Part shown: piece after piece, positions 18,901 through 29,292 of the stretch
Position numbering within the stretch: position 1 is the stretch's first letter
Layout of the letters: each line of letters opens with the position of its first letter
IMG/VR virus record: IMGVR_UViG_3300030095_004454
Coordinates: 1-37,298 of that record
Length of the DNA: 37,298 nucleotides
Reading direction: 5' to 3' (one strand)
From: a virus
Lineage: Duplodnaviria; Caudoviricetes
Notes under the pieces: model-generated
Databases searched by the model: none
What the model saw: the letters and a program-made list of their open reading frames with translations, nothing else
What the model was told of the DNA's origin: nothing
Translations under genes and position numbers: made by a program

Positions 18901-21476
18901 TCTTTAATACTTGTAGTATCTTTCGTTTCTTTTTTAGGTTTTGTTTTCTGAGTCTTTTGCTTATTATCTACTTTTTGCTCTTTTACCGGCTCTGATTTGG
19001 GCTGGTCTTCTAATGTTAATTGATCTTCCTTTAAAATCTTCTCAATCTCTTCAGAATTATTTTGATATGCTTGGATTTCCTCTGGTGTACCTCTATAATC
19101 TCCAGACTTTAATTTTTCAGCAAGTACCTCCGCTTCATTTACTTTAGGAGCTGATAAAAGTTTTTGTTCAGTAGATTGCTGTTCCTCTTTTACTACCGGC
19201 TCTTCTTTTTGTGTTTTAGTTTTTTTCGGCTCTGTCTTTACTTTCTTTTTACGATATTGCTCCCTTGCCTTTTTCGCCTTTTCCTTTGTCCATTTATTTC
19301 CCTTTTTTAATTCTGCTTGACGCTTTTTATTTACAAAATTCTCTAAGGTTTCTAAATTTTCTTCAGTAGTAATTCGTTGTTCTACTAATACTGGTAGTTC
19401 CCCAACTAGAGCGTTGTTTTCTGTTTTAAATTTTGCAAGTTTTGTTAAAAGATTTCTATCCCCAGATGTAAACAATTCAAAAATTTCCAGAGCAATACCA
19501 TCTGGAAGAATGTCCGATTCTGAAACATCTCTACTAAAACCTAAATTATTTGCAACAAAAGATTTTGATAATAGCTCAACCCCATTGTAGGTGCTATTTG
19601 GATTTTGTTCTTTATGCCTTTTAAGCCATGTATCTATCCGGCTTTTTAATTCTGGATTTTTAGAACCAAGTATTTTATAAATGGATTCAACCATCTCTTC
19701 AATGATAATGCTTTCATCTTTTGTAGAATCAATAATAATATCAACTGTACCATCTGCATTAGGTATGCTTTGTCCGGGGATAGAAACATCTTTGTAAATA
19801 GTTCTACCATCAACATATCCATCATCCTCTGGAGTTAATTCAGTAAGGTTACTAAAGTCTGTATAACCAGCTTTTATTAAATCTTCTTTATCTATATTGT
19901 CGACTACTTTACCATCAACAAACTTTACATTTATTTCATCAAATAGCTTTCCAAATGGTTCAGATTCTTGTTGGATTCGAGTTACCGCATCATTATTAGC
20001 TTTTTTTCTTGATTCTTCTCTAGTTAGATAAATCTCTTGTTGCTCTTCAATGATTGCGTTGGTTTCTTCTGTGGTGAGCTTTCTAACTCCAGCACCAGCA
20101 ACTTGAAAACCAGTACCAAATATTGTACCTATTGCGAATTCTTCTCTTTGTTGTGGAGTGGCTAAACTAATTGCTTCTATTAATTCTGGTTCAGCTTCAC
20201 CAGTTACTGCTGATTTACCAAGTTCGCTAAAATAACCTTGAATTACTTCTTCATAACCTTCAAGTCCAGCACCTACCGCACCTTTTCCCAGCCCAACTAT
20301 AGTTTTAGCTATTACACCTCTAAATGGTTTTGGAACTCTAGCAAATGCCAAAGTAAGCTCACCAGCATCCAATGCAGATAGATACATATTCTTTTTAAAT
20401 ACATCTGACGCACCTACACCAGCTTCTTCATGGTTATAACCTTCGTCCATTAACTCATTATATAAACCTACTGCTTCAGTTGCTGATTCAAATGGTCTCA
20501 TTAATAATGCAGTTGAAACCGCTCCGGCTATTGTACCCATTCCAGCTAATTGCGTTCCCCCCATAACTGCTAAAGAACTAGCTAAGAACGAACCGGTTAC
20601 TGGAATACCTTGAACTACCTTTGTTTGGTAAAAATCCGGATTAGCAAGATCAGACCATTCAAATTCTTTGCCCATCTCTGGAATATAATTTTTTTCCATT
20701 ATTGCTCGTGCATTTTCTCTCATCTCTTCACCTAGCTCACCATAATTGAATATTCCTTCAGCATCTAAATATTCTAATGCACCACCGGCAAGGTCTTGAG
20801 CTTGAGCTACACCAGTTTTCCACGATTTTTCTATTAACTCCGGTTCATATGCCTCTTTTGCTTGTTCCCACCAATTAGGGTCGTTTGTATCTAATTGAAA
20901 CTCGTTAGGTTGTTCTTCTTGCTCTGGTTGAGAGTCTGCTTCTTTTTGTCCAAGTTCAGCAACCATCTCATTTAAGCTATAGTATCCATCCTTTGCCATC
21001 TTCTTTATATCAGAAACAAAATCTGGAAATTGTTCTATTAAATTTTGTACCTCTGGCTCAACTTCTTGAAAGTTGTTTACCCTTTTTACAGCATTGCGTA
21101 CATTATTGACTTCATCAAACTTTCGTTTATTGATGTTAATCTGTTTAGCATAGTTTTGAACTGTTTCATTATCCTCTGGTAATCCAGACCAGCCACTTGC
21201 AAATGTTAAACTATCGCCATTACTTTTTTCCCATCTATCCCTAACGATTTCATTTAAGGCTTCTTCACCGGTTTCAGCATCTGGGAATCTAGCGGTATGA
21301 TATGTTTTACCTTCGTGATCTGTAAATGATTCTCCCGGCATAGCTCCAAATGTCTCACCAAGATAATTGGTGTATATCATTGCACCGGGATTTAAGTGTT
21401 GGTCACTACGACCCCCAGTTCCCCAGCCCTCAAACTGTTTTATTGCATCAGTTATAAATGATAATTCTGGAGGCAT
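15957..21476 (-). CDS. large internal virion (DNA ejection) protein with N-terminal lysozyme-like domain
   Basis: 1839 aa; AIKQFEG, NPG, RFPD..TG, NYA motifs; hydrophobic helical segment; position after tail genes. Confidence 0.7.
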   Translation of the reverse strand: MPPELSFITDAIKQFEGWGTGGRSDQHLNPGAMIYTNYLGETFGAMPGESFTDHEGKTYHTARFPDAETGEEALNEIVRDRWEKSNGDSLTFASGWSGLPEDNETVQNYAKQININKRKFDEVNNVRNAVKRVNNFQEVEPEVQNLIEQFPDFVSDIKKMAKDGYYSLNEMVAELGQKEADSQPEQEEQPNEFQLDTNDPNWWEQAKEAYEPELIEKSWKTGVAQAQDLAGGALEYLDAEGIFNYGELGEEMRENARAIMEKNYIPEMGKEFEWSDLANPDFYQTKVVQGIPVTGSFLASSLAVMGGTQLAGMGTIAGAVSTALLMRPFESATEAVGLYNELMDEGYNHEEAGVGASDVFKKNMYLSALDAGELTLAFARVPKPFRGVIAKTIVGLGKGAVGAGLEGYEEVIQGYFSELGKSAVTGEAEPELIEAISLATPQQREEFAIGTIFGTGFQVAGAGVRKLTTEETNAIIEEQQEIYLTREESRKKANNDAVTRIQQESEPFGKLFDEINVKFVDGKVVDNIDKEDLIKAGYTDFSNLTELTPEDDGYVDGRTIYKDVSIPGQSIPNADGTVDIIIDSTKDESIIIEEMVESIYKILGSKNPELKSRIDTWLKRHKEQNPNSTYNGVELLSKSFVANNLGFSRDVSESDILPDGIALEIFELFTSGDRNLLTKLAKFKTENNALVGELPVLVEQRITTEENLETLENFVNKKRQAELKKGNKWTKEKAKKAREQYRKKKVKTEPKKTKTQKEEPVVKEEQQSTEQKLLSAPKVNEAEVLAEKLKSGDYRGTPEEIQAYQNNSEEIEKILKEDQLTLEDQPKSEPVKEQKVDNKQKTQKTKPKKETKDTTSIKESVLPIGMVIEGISNPTKKNPNGRAKISGVTERNGKVLYSFTDAVTGKEVMSGKILRWVSRDRFTTSQQRQKEGKQRYLDDLASINNKEERKDVRSKSAKYNKIIKEGVVQSVLYDNNELMHMNTQEVILQQINNDLSTLFGEDPTLPTGRARIYEQLQQLLLDIESGKEKNLSWRNSQDMDTFFAELSESYNIGLSNRKTEENAYDNEVSYDNVEDQFDNQRTIFEKIRTWWNNREYRPKQLRDTVATFSSQVRRIHKDLPRQFKDFEFKTIELVKKFEGQTIEFSKKLDDLYKRSFKDPQVRKDFMTIVLALNNGEFYRTTRLFKQYGMMEEFRQARKALEQLYDVAKSVGYDLGYLENYFPRLVADHAGLVEYLEGKYGGTSRWVQITDAFKEAENSRPGNEPLTYEEKAHIANAVLHGHHQSKEGIGNFKKRKIEKIDAEMLKFYALPQQSLMQYAGYVSELAMAKQFLMGSSKRYAVHKKGNRYFVKDNKIGKYTNDGGYSKNQAYKELEKERIKEQSLAGMPILALDDMIPGFVINMKNKYQLDGKNEERLQSLLKAYFNRDQMNPFLKGYKSLSYIDTMGTFFSAVTQLGDLGISTARAGGFRTMKNFLKSLTQAKKLDKNWISLEDLGIEGIGKEFQDQNALQNALEIVFKYTGIKAFDRLGKETTVNSIIDKYRKVARKGKEGSREYRELMIRLEEAFGESMQTQDVLEELRSGEKTDNIRLLAYSEILGVQPVAKSQMPVGYLASSNGRIFYMLKTYQLKRFDVFKDEMRMLDEVADSYEATGNKARAKMVRMSKAQRLATLGFILMLAEAGADEIKDFMAGRESTLSDRVISNLLRLIGISRYHFYSFRKDGLSQAVIKLVMPPVDIIDDPLRDIDKIGKSYYKNKDLRDTWGAVKQDIGKLGLRTPKHIPFVGKFLHWWPSYLGKVPENLPWSAFGYARRRNDKKDSVSSSGRKKRARRSRARNRRENR

Positions 21477-21478
21477 TA

Positions 21479-22984
21479 TTACTTAGGAAAGTAAGGATTA
21501 GCGTATCCTTGATCCGAGCCGGATGGTAATTTAGATTTTAAAAACTTATTTACAGTCTTAGTATCTCTAGCTAGACCAGAACCCCAACCAAGTAACGCTT
21601 TTTTATAACCACTTAACATCTTATGACTAGCAATCCTATCTTCTGGTGTTGAACCAGTTAATTCATTGACCCCATGTGCATAGTATCCAGTTTTTTCATA
21701 AGGATTTCCATATTTAGCATAGTGATCTACCAGTCTATCAACTCCTTCTCGCATTTCCTTACTACCCACAGTACCGGATTTTCTATTATTGGTTAATGTG
21801 CCACCCTTCATTTCTTGTAATCCGGTAGGCATACCGGTCATAGTCCCAACAGTCATACCACCGCTACCAGTAGGAGTAACACTAATACCCATCTGAGGAT
21901 CAACTAGAGAAACCTTTTTAGTATTAGTGTCTTGAAATTTTCTTAAACCTCTACCTTCTAATCCTAATTCAGTTGCTTTTTTTGATAAAGCTAATGCTCT
22001 TGCCCTACCAAATGGAGACACTTGGTTTGGGTCATTTATTGTTTTTGCAGTACTATCAAACTGAGGAGAATACTGATCTAATCCATATCTTTCATAATTT
22101 AACTTATCCTCTATGGAACTATATTCATTAACTCCTTCATTTCTAAGCCTTATTAAATCTTGCTTGTCTTTGTTACTTAATTTGTCCCATCCCGGCATAT
22201 TCTCAATAGTATCTGTGCTACCTAAAGACATTCCATAATTACCCGGTAAACTGGCTAATGTAGGAGTCTCTGGTAAACTTTGCATTGCGTTGTGTTGCTC
22301 CATTACCATTTTGCCCTCTGGTGTATTTCTTAATGCTTCACCTTCACTAATCTTTTTTCCAGTATCTAAATTATAATATTGGTCAGTATTCTTAATTTTT
22401 ACAGCATTACCAATCATATTATTCTTATCAAGAACCATCCCTTGACTTACTGTTTTAAGTGAACCACTTTTTATATTCTTAGCTTCTTCTTTTATAATCT
22501 CGTTCGTAGCATCTTCTTCTGCTTTATTTGTAATCTCATCAACAGTTTTGCCATTTAAGGTTAGATCACCATCTTTATTTTCAGTTATGGTGTCTTTAGG
22601 TGAGGTTTTATCCTTAGATGAAGTAACACCGGCATACTTAAATAAGTTATCATATCCTTTTATACCTTTAGCATATCTAGTTGCATTTTCTTCTATTTCG
22701 ATATTTTCTTTATCATACTGATCGTAAACTGTTTTACTGATTTTCTTTTCTCCAGTACCATCACCAAAGTCAACATAGTATATTCCATCTTTTATTGATA
22801 TTAAATTTTTTGGATATTTAGCTGTATAGTTTGCATATTTAGTAAACATATCCATTTTAGCTTTATAGTTATCCATAATTCTTTTTGCTTTAGAATTAGA
22901 AGTATAAGCCTCTCTATAATCTTGCATTGACTTAGCTTCCAATAAGCCACCATATGCTTTTCTAAACTCATCGCCCCTACCCAT
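21479..22984 (-). CDS. putative internal virion protein (likely start ATG 22984)
   Basis: GAGG RBS; overlaps upstream stop; synteny with podovirus ejection genes. Confidence 0.55.
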   Translation of the reverse strand: MGRGDEFRKAYGGLLEAKSMQDYREAYTSNSKAKRIMDNYKAKMDMFTKYANYTAKYPKNLISIKDGIYYVDFGDGTGEKKISKTVYDQYDKENIEIEENATRYAKGIKGYDNLFKYAGVTSSKDKTSPKDTITENKDGDLTLNGKTVDEITNKAEEDATNEIIKEEAKNIKSGSLKTVSQGMVLDKNNMIGNAVKIKNTDQYYNLDTGKKISEGEALRNTPEGKMVMEQHNAMQSLPETPTLASLPGNYGMSLGSTDTIENMPGWDKLSNKDKQDLIRLRNEGVNEYSSIEDKLNYERYGLDQYSPQFDSTAKTINDPNQVSPFGRARALALSKKATELGLEGRGLRKFQDTNTKKVSLVDPQMGISVTPTGSGGMTVGTMTGMPTGLQEMKGGTLTNNRKSGTVGSKEMREGVDRLVDHYAKYGNPYEKTGYYAHGVNELTGSTPEDRIASHKMLSGYKKALLGWGSGLARDTKTVNKFLKSKLPSGSDQGYANPYFPK

Positions 22985-23540
22985 TAGTCCACCTCTGATT
23001 GTTTCGGTAAAACTTATTTGTACCATAAACATCTGCCATATCAGTTATACCGCCTAACATTTTATCTCGAGCTTCTCCATATGCTTTATATTTTTGCTCC
23101 ATTAAACCTCTTGTAAGTAAAGCGTTCTCTTGATGATATTGGTTTGCAAATTCATTTTTACTCATTTCATTCTGCACACCTAAACTCATCGCTCTATCAC
23201 TCATACCCCTAGCCATACTTGCGTCCATGTCAGCACCTACTTGAGTAGCTACTACACTATTTTCCAATCCTTGATTTGTAAGATTGCCCATCATATTAGC
23301 CTTAGATGTATTCGCAATATTGAAAGCCGGTCTATTGGCTAATGCTAAAAGTTTACTTTGTTGGTCTGGAGGTATTGCACCCTCCTTAGATAATTTCTTT
23401 AAGTAGCTCAACCTAGCTTGTTCAGCCGGTGTTTTCTGGCTCATTTTTTTTGCTCCAGCCCATTGGAAACCGCCTTGGATTACATCGCCAAGAGCTTTCC
23501 CTCCATAAGCTAAAGTCATCATTGTTAGTGGGTCTGCCAT
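22977..23540 (-). CDS. putative ejection/pilot protein
   Basis: MADPLT start, A/G/Q/M-rich helical composition. Confidence 0.55.
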   Translation of the reverse strand: MADPLTMMTLAYGGKALGDVIQGGFQWAGAKKMSQKTPAEQARLSYLKKLSKEGAIPPDQQSKLLALANRPAFNIANTSKANMMGNLTNQGLENSVVATQVGADMDASMARGMSDRAMSLGVQNEMSKNEFANQYHQENALLTRGLMEQKYKAYGEARDKMLGGITDMADVYGTNKFYRNNQRWTNG

Positions 23541-23773
23541 TATACTTTACTCCCTATAAATTTATATACTTGATTGTCATTGTCTTTAAAATAGATACGA
23601 GCCTCATCACTTGAAGGTAATCCGGGGCTTTCAGAATCTTTTCTAACACTAACAAAAACAAATTGTCCAACAGACAACTCATTGCTATTTGGTATTGTTT
23701 TACTTGTTCTTACATTATCTTGCTTTGTTCTAATTTTTTCTTCTACAAAACTAATTTTAGCCATCTGCTTCAA
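23540..23773 (-). CDS. small virion-associated protein
   Basis: Coupled ORF between tail and ejection genes. Confidence 0.55.
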   Translation of the reverse strand: MKQMAKISFVEEKIRTKQDNVRTSKTIPNSNELSVGQFVFVSVRKDSESPGLPSSDEARIYFKDNDNQVYKFIGSKV

Positions 23774-26261
23774 TCTCCATTCTGTTTATTTTTACATCAT
23801 TAGCTGATGCACTTGTTGATAGTTTAATCATAAGCTGATTACATCTTATTGGTACTTTTATCTCAGCTTGTTTTTTCGATGATGTAAATGTTGAATTATC
23901 TGTATAAACAGCGGTTGATGAGTCACCATCTTTATAAAAAGTAGCTGTAATTGTATCACCACTATCATAACTCAGATTAAATCTTCTTAATTGAATATCA
24001 TATTGGTCTGAAAGACTTGAAAAATTAATCCAACCAGTAGTTCTTAAAGTTTGTAAGGTCGCAGATGATGTTGAATCATCTAATTTGACAATCGAAGCCT
24101 CAGTAACCCCATTATTATTCACAGAACTGAGTACATTAATATCCTTATCTAAAAAGATAAATTTTCCAGTATTGTTACCAGAAAAATCATTTTTAAACTT
24201 TGACCATGTTGCTGTATCTAAATTGTATTCCCATAATCCAGCATTAGTAACTGCACTACCTAATTCACCAATTAGACAAGATATTGAATTTCTTTTTGAA
24301 TTATATACAAATGTACTCGCTTTTTTATAAGCGGATGAAAACCCTTGCCAAATATCTTTAATAGCTTCACCAATGGCTATTATCTTCCAATCATTTGTTA
24401 GTTGGTAAATATTATGTTCCCCAGCAAAAAATAAGCTCGTTTTTGTACGAACAACAGAATAAGGAGCAATACAACCAATATTCTCCTCAGACTCTACCAA
24501 AGACCACATTTTAGGGTCATTTGAAGGTATATATAGCTGATATATTCCATTTTCCATTAATACAGCTAAACTATCACCTATTTTTTTTAAAGCGACAATA
24601 CCACCACCTTGCTTGTCTTTTATCTGTATATAGTTTGATATTGGATGGATATCCGGTTGGTTAAGGTCGCTATAAACTAAAAAGTTTGAATGGTCTTCTG
24701 CGTCTTCGTCTGGGTCTAGCCTCACATTTCCATAAAATCTTCTAGCACCAACATCCTCAGAAACAATATGCCTTAATGACAGTTTATCCTCATTAACACT
24801 ATGCGGTGTTTGATCAATAAGCCCATCATCGTATAATGTAACTTTAACGACACCAGTATTTGCGGTGTAACCTACATGGTAGTTATTAAAAACAACTTCA
24901 ATATTTTCAGCGGTATTAGCAGTACCCATCGACTTTGACATCTTCAAGGCATTGGTATCATTATCTATAATAGATGCGAATTCACCACTAGCTCTTTTAA
25001 TTATAAATGAATCGTATTCAGATTTCTTTGTAAAAGCACCCGGTTTATATAAAACATTTTCACCAGTATATCCACCGGTTTGATTTGCATTAAAATAGCC
25101 AACTATCTGTTGCCCAGCCTGATCTTCGTTATAGTTTATTTGAAATTCAGCGTTCATTAAATCAAGACCGGTAATATTTCCACCAGTAACCTTTAAATAT
25201 TGTTTACTATTATTAGAATCTGTACCAAACCAAACATTAGTACTAATCTCTGATATATCCGTTCCATTAACTAAATATGAGCCATCTGGATTATATAAAA
25301 TTAATTTGGGAGTATAGTTTGAAGATTGACCCATCAGCGTATTAAAGTCAGTAGCGTTAGTTATTGGATTTCCATTCATGTAAAAACGCTGATAGCATGG
25401 AGTAACAGTATTAATTGTTTCTTGAGTATTTGTAGTTGATTTTGTATTAAGCGTAGCCGAAGATACTTTGTAATATGATTTTGTAGCAGAAGTGCTATCC
25501 GCTATTGCCCGATATATATTAACTCCGGTCAATCTTTTATTCATATCGTTAACAAGCATATTTAATTCAAATAAGACAGCCTTATCTGCCCCAATAAGGT
25601 TTTTAAATATATTGTTATCATTATCGTTAAACTTATATTCTTGATTTCCATCAAATATCGGCACAGCCTTATAAAAATAATATTTAGTAGCATCTATAGT
25701 AGAACTTTCTCGAGCTACTGTATCAATAGCATAAGTCCATGTAGCTGGATAACTTGGTTCTTGACGATCAATTACAACATAATCATCATCAGAATTTCCA
25801 GTTGAGTAAGGATTGTATGTACCTCCAAACCACTTTCTATCCTTTAAAAATTGTATAATCTGGGAGTCCTCATTCAATCCCATAGCTAAACGAACTTCCT
25901 CACCCACTTGCTCAATGCGTATGTCGTCCGGCTGAGTACCGGTAAAAGTTTTTAAGAGCAGTATATTTGCAAAATCATGGTCAGCAAACCAAATCTTCTT
26001 TGGAGTTTTTTCATAAAATATCCAACCATACCCCTCTTCTAGTTTTGGGTGTGTCCATTGAATAGCTTGTTCTATATTGAAAGGATTACCGCCATTTGAT
26101 GCGGTCAAGTCTTTTACAACAGTATGCCCATCTTGCTTAATAAGCCTACCGCTAACATCGGTTTTGAAGTTAAGCATATTGATACAAGCGTTATTCGATA
26201 TATCTTCCGGGTCAGCATTCGTTACAATCCCTCCATTAAAATTTCCAATAGGTATAATCAT
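23757..26261 (-). CDS. tail nozzle/packaged-DNA stabilisation protein
   Basis: FNGG..N..P start, YSDLNQP, NIGCIAPYSV beta-propeller motifs. Confidence 0.7.
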   Translation of the reverse strand: MIIPIGNFNGGIVTNADPEDISNNACINMLNFKTDVSGRLIKQDGHTVVKDLTASNGGNPFNIEQAIQWTHPKLEEGYGWIFYEKTPKKIWFADHDFANILLLKTFTGTQPDDIRIEQVGEEVRLAMGLNEDSQIIQFLKDRKWFGGTYNPYSTGNSDDDYVVIDRQEPSYPATWTYAIDTVARESSTIDATKYYFYKAVPIFDGNQEYKFNDNDNNIFKNLIGADKAVLFELNMLVNDMNKRLTGVNIYRAIADSTSATKSYYKVSSATLNTKSTTNTQETINTVTPCYQRFYMNGNPITNATDFNTLMGQSSNYTPKLILYNPDGSYLVNGTDISEISTNVWFGTDSNNSKQYLKVTGGNITGLDLMNAEFQINYNEDQAGQQIVGYFNANQTGGYTGENVLYKPGAFTKKSEYDSFIIKRASGEFASIIDNDTNALKMSKSMGTANTAENIEVVFNNYHVGYTANTGVVKVTLYDDGLIDQTPHSVNEDKLSLRHIVSEDVGARRFYGNVRLDPDEDAEDHSNFLVYSDLNQPDIHPISNYIQIKDKQGGGIVALKKIGDSLAVLMENGIYQLYIPSNDPKMWSLVESEENIGCIAPYSVVRTKTSLFFAGEHNIYQLTNDWKIIAIGEAIKDIWQGFSSAYKKASTFVYNSKRNSISCLIGELGSAVTNAGLWEYNLDTATWSKFKNDFSGNNTGKFIFLDKDINVLSSVNNNGVTEASIVKLDDSTSSATLQTLRTTGWINFSSLSDQYDIQLRRFNLSYDSGDTITATFYKDGDSSTAVYTDNSTFTSSKKQAEIKVPIRCNQLMIKLSTSASANDVKINRMEIEADG

Positions 26262-27196
26262 TAATAGAGTGACCCTCCAGATAGGTCTGTAACAGTCATA
26301 GTCATATTACTAGAACCCTTACCAACATGAGTTTCTTTAGCTTTTTCTCTATTTGCATAATATCTATTTAAGTAGATAGTTGCTCTTTGTTGGTCGCCTA
26401 CATCCTCTGCCATCATTGCCTTTGCATAATCGACTAAGTAATCATGGTAAATAGAATCAATTATCGGAGATTGACCAGCTTCTGTAAAATCATATATAGC
26501 ACCAATCACCTTCGCTTTTGCACCCAACCCATAATCATCCCAACTAGCAAATAAAGTGTCAAATGAACCTAGTGATGTTGTCCACATACCAACCTCATTA
26601 TTATTAGTGTATATATCTTCAGCTTGTTGAAAAGTCCCAGAAACAGAAGAAAGAACCAATGTCCCACTACTCTCATCTGATTCATCATGCTCAATTATAG
26701 CAGTAGCATTTGAAGTTTTACCCTTGATTTGATCGCCATCTCTAAACATTCCAGATGTTAATGTGTTATACTGTAATTTTTTGTAAGCGGTTTCACTTTC
26801 CTCTACATTATGAGGAATAGCTGAATATCTAAAATGTATCTTTCCGTCTACTTGCGGTTTAGGATATAAAGCTAAATTATTGTTTTCTATAAAGTAATGT
26901 GACGGCTTTCCCTGAAGTAATGTATTAGATGCATTTCTTCTAGGGTATTGATTGTTAAACTGATCTAAAACCAGACCATCATATTCAACATTCCATTTTA
27001 ATTCTATAAAATCATCTGGTAGTTTGTTCTTAACAACACCACCTTCTGCGTATATAAGTCTTTCCCTCTCGTAACATTTAGTATATAAAGAAAAATCTCT
27101 TTCTGCCTCAACTAAATATTTCTTTGCTTTTTTCCTATGTATCATGTCACTACCAAATGGTAGGACAGCTTTATCTACTAATATTGACCACTTCAT
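26261..27196 (-). CDS. head-tail adaptor-like protein with inserted domain
   Basis: LPDDF, GKPSHY, LYPKP, YHDYLVDYA. Confidence 0.65.
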   Translation of the reverse strand: MKWSILVDKAVLPFGSDMIHRKKAKKYLVEAERDFSLYTKCYERERLIYAEGGVVKNKLPDDFIELKWNVEYDGLVLDQFNNQYPRRNASNTLLQGKPSHYFIENNNLALYPKPQVDGKIHFRYSAIPHNVEESETAYKKLQYNTLTSGMFRDGDQIKGKTSNATAIIEHDESDESSGTLVLSSVSGTFQQAEDIYTNNNEVGMWTTSLGSFDTLFASWDDYGLGAKAKVIGAIYDFTEAGQSPIIDSIYHDYLVDYAKAMMAEDVGDQQRATIYLNRYYANREKAKETHVGKGSSNMTMTVTDLSGGSLY

Positions 27197-27846
27197 GCTG
27201 TATATGCGTTAATTATGTCCATAGCGTTTGAGTACGCTAAATTGGCTCGTTCCATTCTATTGTCTGATTTCCAACAGATATACTCAGCAAAATCAACTAT
27301 CGCATAATGCAAGGCACTATTTAATTCGTGAGTAGTATCATCGGCTGAAATAGCTGTAGGCTCTTTTAAATAATAAACTGTTACATTAGCTGAAGGTGTA
27401 GGATTCAAATGAATTGTCGTCCCAAGTCGATGAAAGTACCCCAGTTTATCTGTAGCACTTGGAGCTAAAAAAGAATTCTCTATTCTTTCTAAATCGCTTA
27501 ACTCTATCTCATGCCATATTATAGCGTTAGAACCTTGAACGATACGCATAATAGCATTGCGAAATGGTTTAGCACCAAGTTTTTCAACTGAACTGGCAGA
27601 TTCAAATACAAAACTACTCTTATATGAACCGCTCACATTCATATCTATCTCAGTAGAAGTCGTTAACTCCGTTATTAAAGAAGGAGGTACGATACTACAA
27701 ACACGAGAAAGCCCATCATTTAGGGCTTTTAATTTGTCAGCAGAAGAAAAAATATCTTCGTTTGGGTCTTCCAATCTGAACTTTAGTTCAGCTAACATTT
27801 CATTAGGCGATAAGCCTATTGTATTTGAGCTGTTTTCTTCAGCCAT
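27193..27846 (-). CDS. head-tail adaptor-like protein
   Basis: LKALNDG, VYYLKEP, LHYAIVDFA. Confidence 0.65.
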   Translation of the reverse strand: MAEENSSNTIGLSPNEMLAELKFRLEDPNEDIFSSADKLKALNDGLSRVCSIVPPSLITELTTSTEIDMNVSGSYKSSFVFESASSVEKLGAKPFRNAIMRIVQGSNAIIWHEIELSDLERIENSFLAPSATDKLGYFHRLGTTIHLNPTPSANVTVYYLKEPTAISADDTTHELNSALHYAIVDFAEYICWKSDNRMERANLAYSNAMDIINAYTA

Positions 27847-27865
27847 TTATTAATTCCTTAATATA

Positions 27866-27887
27866 CCCCCGGGCAGAAAACCGGGGG
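27866..27887 (-). terminator. GC hairpin after capsid genes
   Basis: CCCCCGG-N8-CCGGGGG. Confidence 0.55.
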
Positions 27888-27908
27888 CAAGTTTTTGATT
27901 TACTTTAC

Positions 27909-28292
27909 TTAGTGAAGTACTAGTTTACCAGCACCAGTACAAGTACCGATTGCATCAGCACCATTACTAGCGGATAAAGCACCAGATGTTAAAACACCGG
28001 CATTACTAACAGCGGTAACTACTTGTCCAGCAGTACCACCACTAACAGCAGTAGCTTCACCTCTTACTGTAACCCATCCATAAACTGTATCAGCAATCGC
28101 TTCTTCTGCGATGCCGTATTTACCCGGCATTGAAGTTGTAGCAACTGCGTGTACCTTACATACCCACTCAGAACCATCAGCACTTAATGCCAATGCGACT
28201 GGGTATCCAGCGGTAACAGCTCCACTAGCCTTTGCCCAAACTTTTTGTTGGGCTGTAGGGTCACCAGCAGATTTACCAAAAGGCATACTCAT
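27909..28292 (-). CDS. capsid decoration/cement protein
   Basis: A/G-rich, GIAEEAIA, YGWVTVRG; follows major capsid gene. Confidence 0.65.
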   Translation of the reverse strand: MSMPFGKSAGDPTAQQKVWAKASGAVTAGYPVALALSADGSEWVCKVHAVATTSMPGKYGIAEEAIADTVYGWVTVRGEATAVSGGTAGQVVTAVSNAGVLTSGALSASNGADAIGTCTGAGKLVLH

Positions 28293-28303
28293 ATCAGCAA
28301 CTC

Positions 28304-29281
28304 CTAATAAGACTCAGCAAGATCGTCAATTAGACCTTGCCTTGAAGGGTTTGAGCAAGTTAAAGCACCTAACCAAAGAATTTTTGCAATTCTTGCGTCT
28401 TGGTTAACCGGTTTCTGAAAACCTTCAAAAGTAAAATCTCTTTTTCTGTGATGACGAAAACCTAAGTAATTCTCATTCAAGAAATACATTTGTCCGGGTG
28501 GACAATGTTCGTCTACAAAAACTGGGATTCCACGATATTTAAGTTCCATAAAACCAGCGTCACCAACACCAGCAGTTGAACCAGCAAACCTTTTCTGGTC
28601 AGAAAGAGCTTCTTCAAGAGCATCAAAAATAATCTGTGTTGTCACGATCATTGTTGGTGAATCAGAGCCTTTGGTCAATGAACCAAATGCCCTTCTCATT
28701 TCACTTTCAATAATAGTAACAGTTTGAGCATAACTAGCTACATCAGTTACGGCAGAATTACTCCCAGCGTCCCTTATATAACCACCATCCCACCAAGGAT
28801 AATCAGTACTATTGATTCCCCCAAGTGTGCGGTCTACTTTGATTAAATGTTGAAGTCCTACGAATTTGCCATCAGACCCAGTACCAGTACCATAAAGCGT
28901 GTCACCAAAAAGTTCTTTTAATCCAACTTCCATGTTCTTCACTTTAGCTTCTAGTAGGTCGATAACTCTCTCTTTACCATCATTCAAGGCTTCTTCTTTA
29001 CCACTTATAGTGATTGTACCATAGGCTTGTACCCAATCGTACTGAGCATCCGTAAAAACTTCAGTTGGAGATGTATCAAGTACATCATATCCAGAATAGA
29101 AGCCTTTAGCTGTTTGCCTAGCATATTCGACTGGTTGTAAGACTTTGTTACCACCGGCAGTAGCTTTAGAAGCACCGAGAAGTCTATGAGTTAACACATT
29201 AGATTTCTTAATGTTGTCAACCATATTAGGTATATACTGATCTTTAGTTAGTGCAGATAAATTATCATAATTTAGAGCCAT
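28304..29281 (-). CDS. major capsid protein
   Basis: 325 aa after scaffold; ISGKEE..N.G, GLQ, DAGF..L.YRG.PV..D..CP. Confidence 0.88.
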   Translation of the reverse strand: MALNYDNLSALTKDQYIPNMVDNIKKSNVLTHRLLGASKATAGGNKVLQPVEYARQTAKGFYSGYDVLDTSPTEVFTDAQYDWVQAYGTITISGKEEALNDGKERVIDLLEAKVKNMEVGLKELFGDTLYGTGTGSDGKFVGLQHLIKVDRTLGGINSTDYPWWDGGYIRDAGSNSAVTDVASYAQTVTIIESEMRRAFGSLTKGSDSPTMIVTTQIIFDALEEALSDQKRFAGSTAGVGDAGFMELKYRGIPVFVDEHCPPGQMYFLNENYLGFRHHRKRDFTFEGFQKPVNQDARIAKILWLGALTCSNPSRQGLIDDLAESY

Positions 29282-29292
29282 TTATCTTTTCC

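Noticed and set aside
27866-27895. Seventh pseudoknot unit
   Set aside because: Similar CCGG stem but no S1 partner or downstream RBS on + strand; simple hairpin
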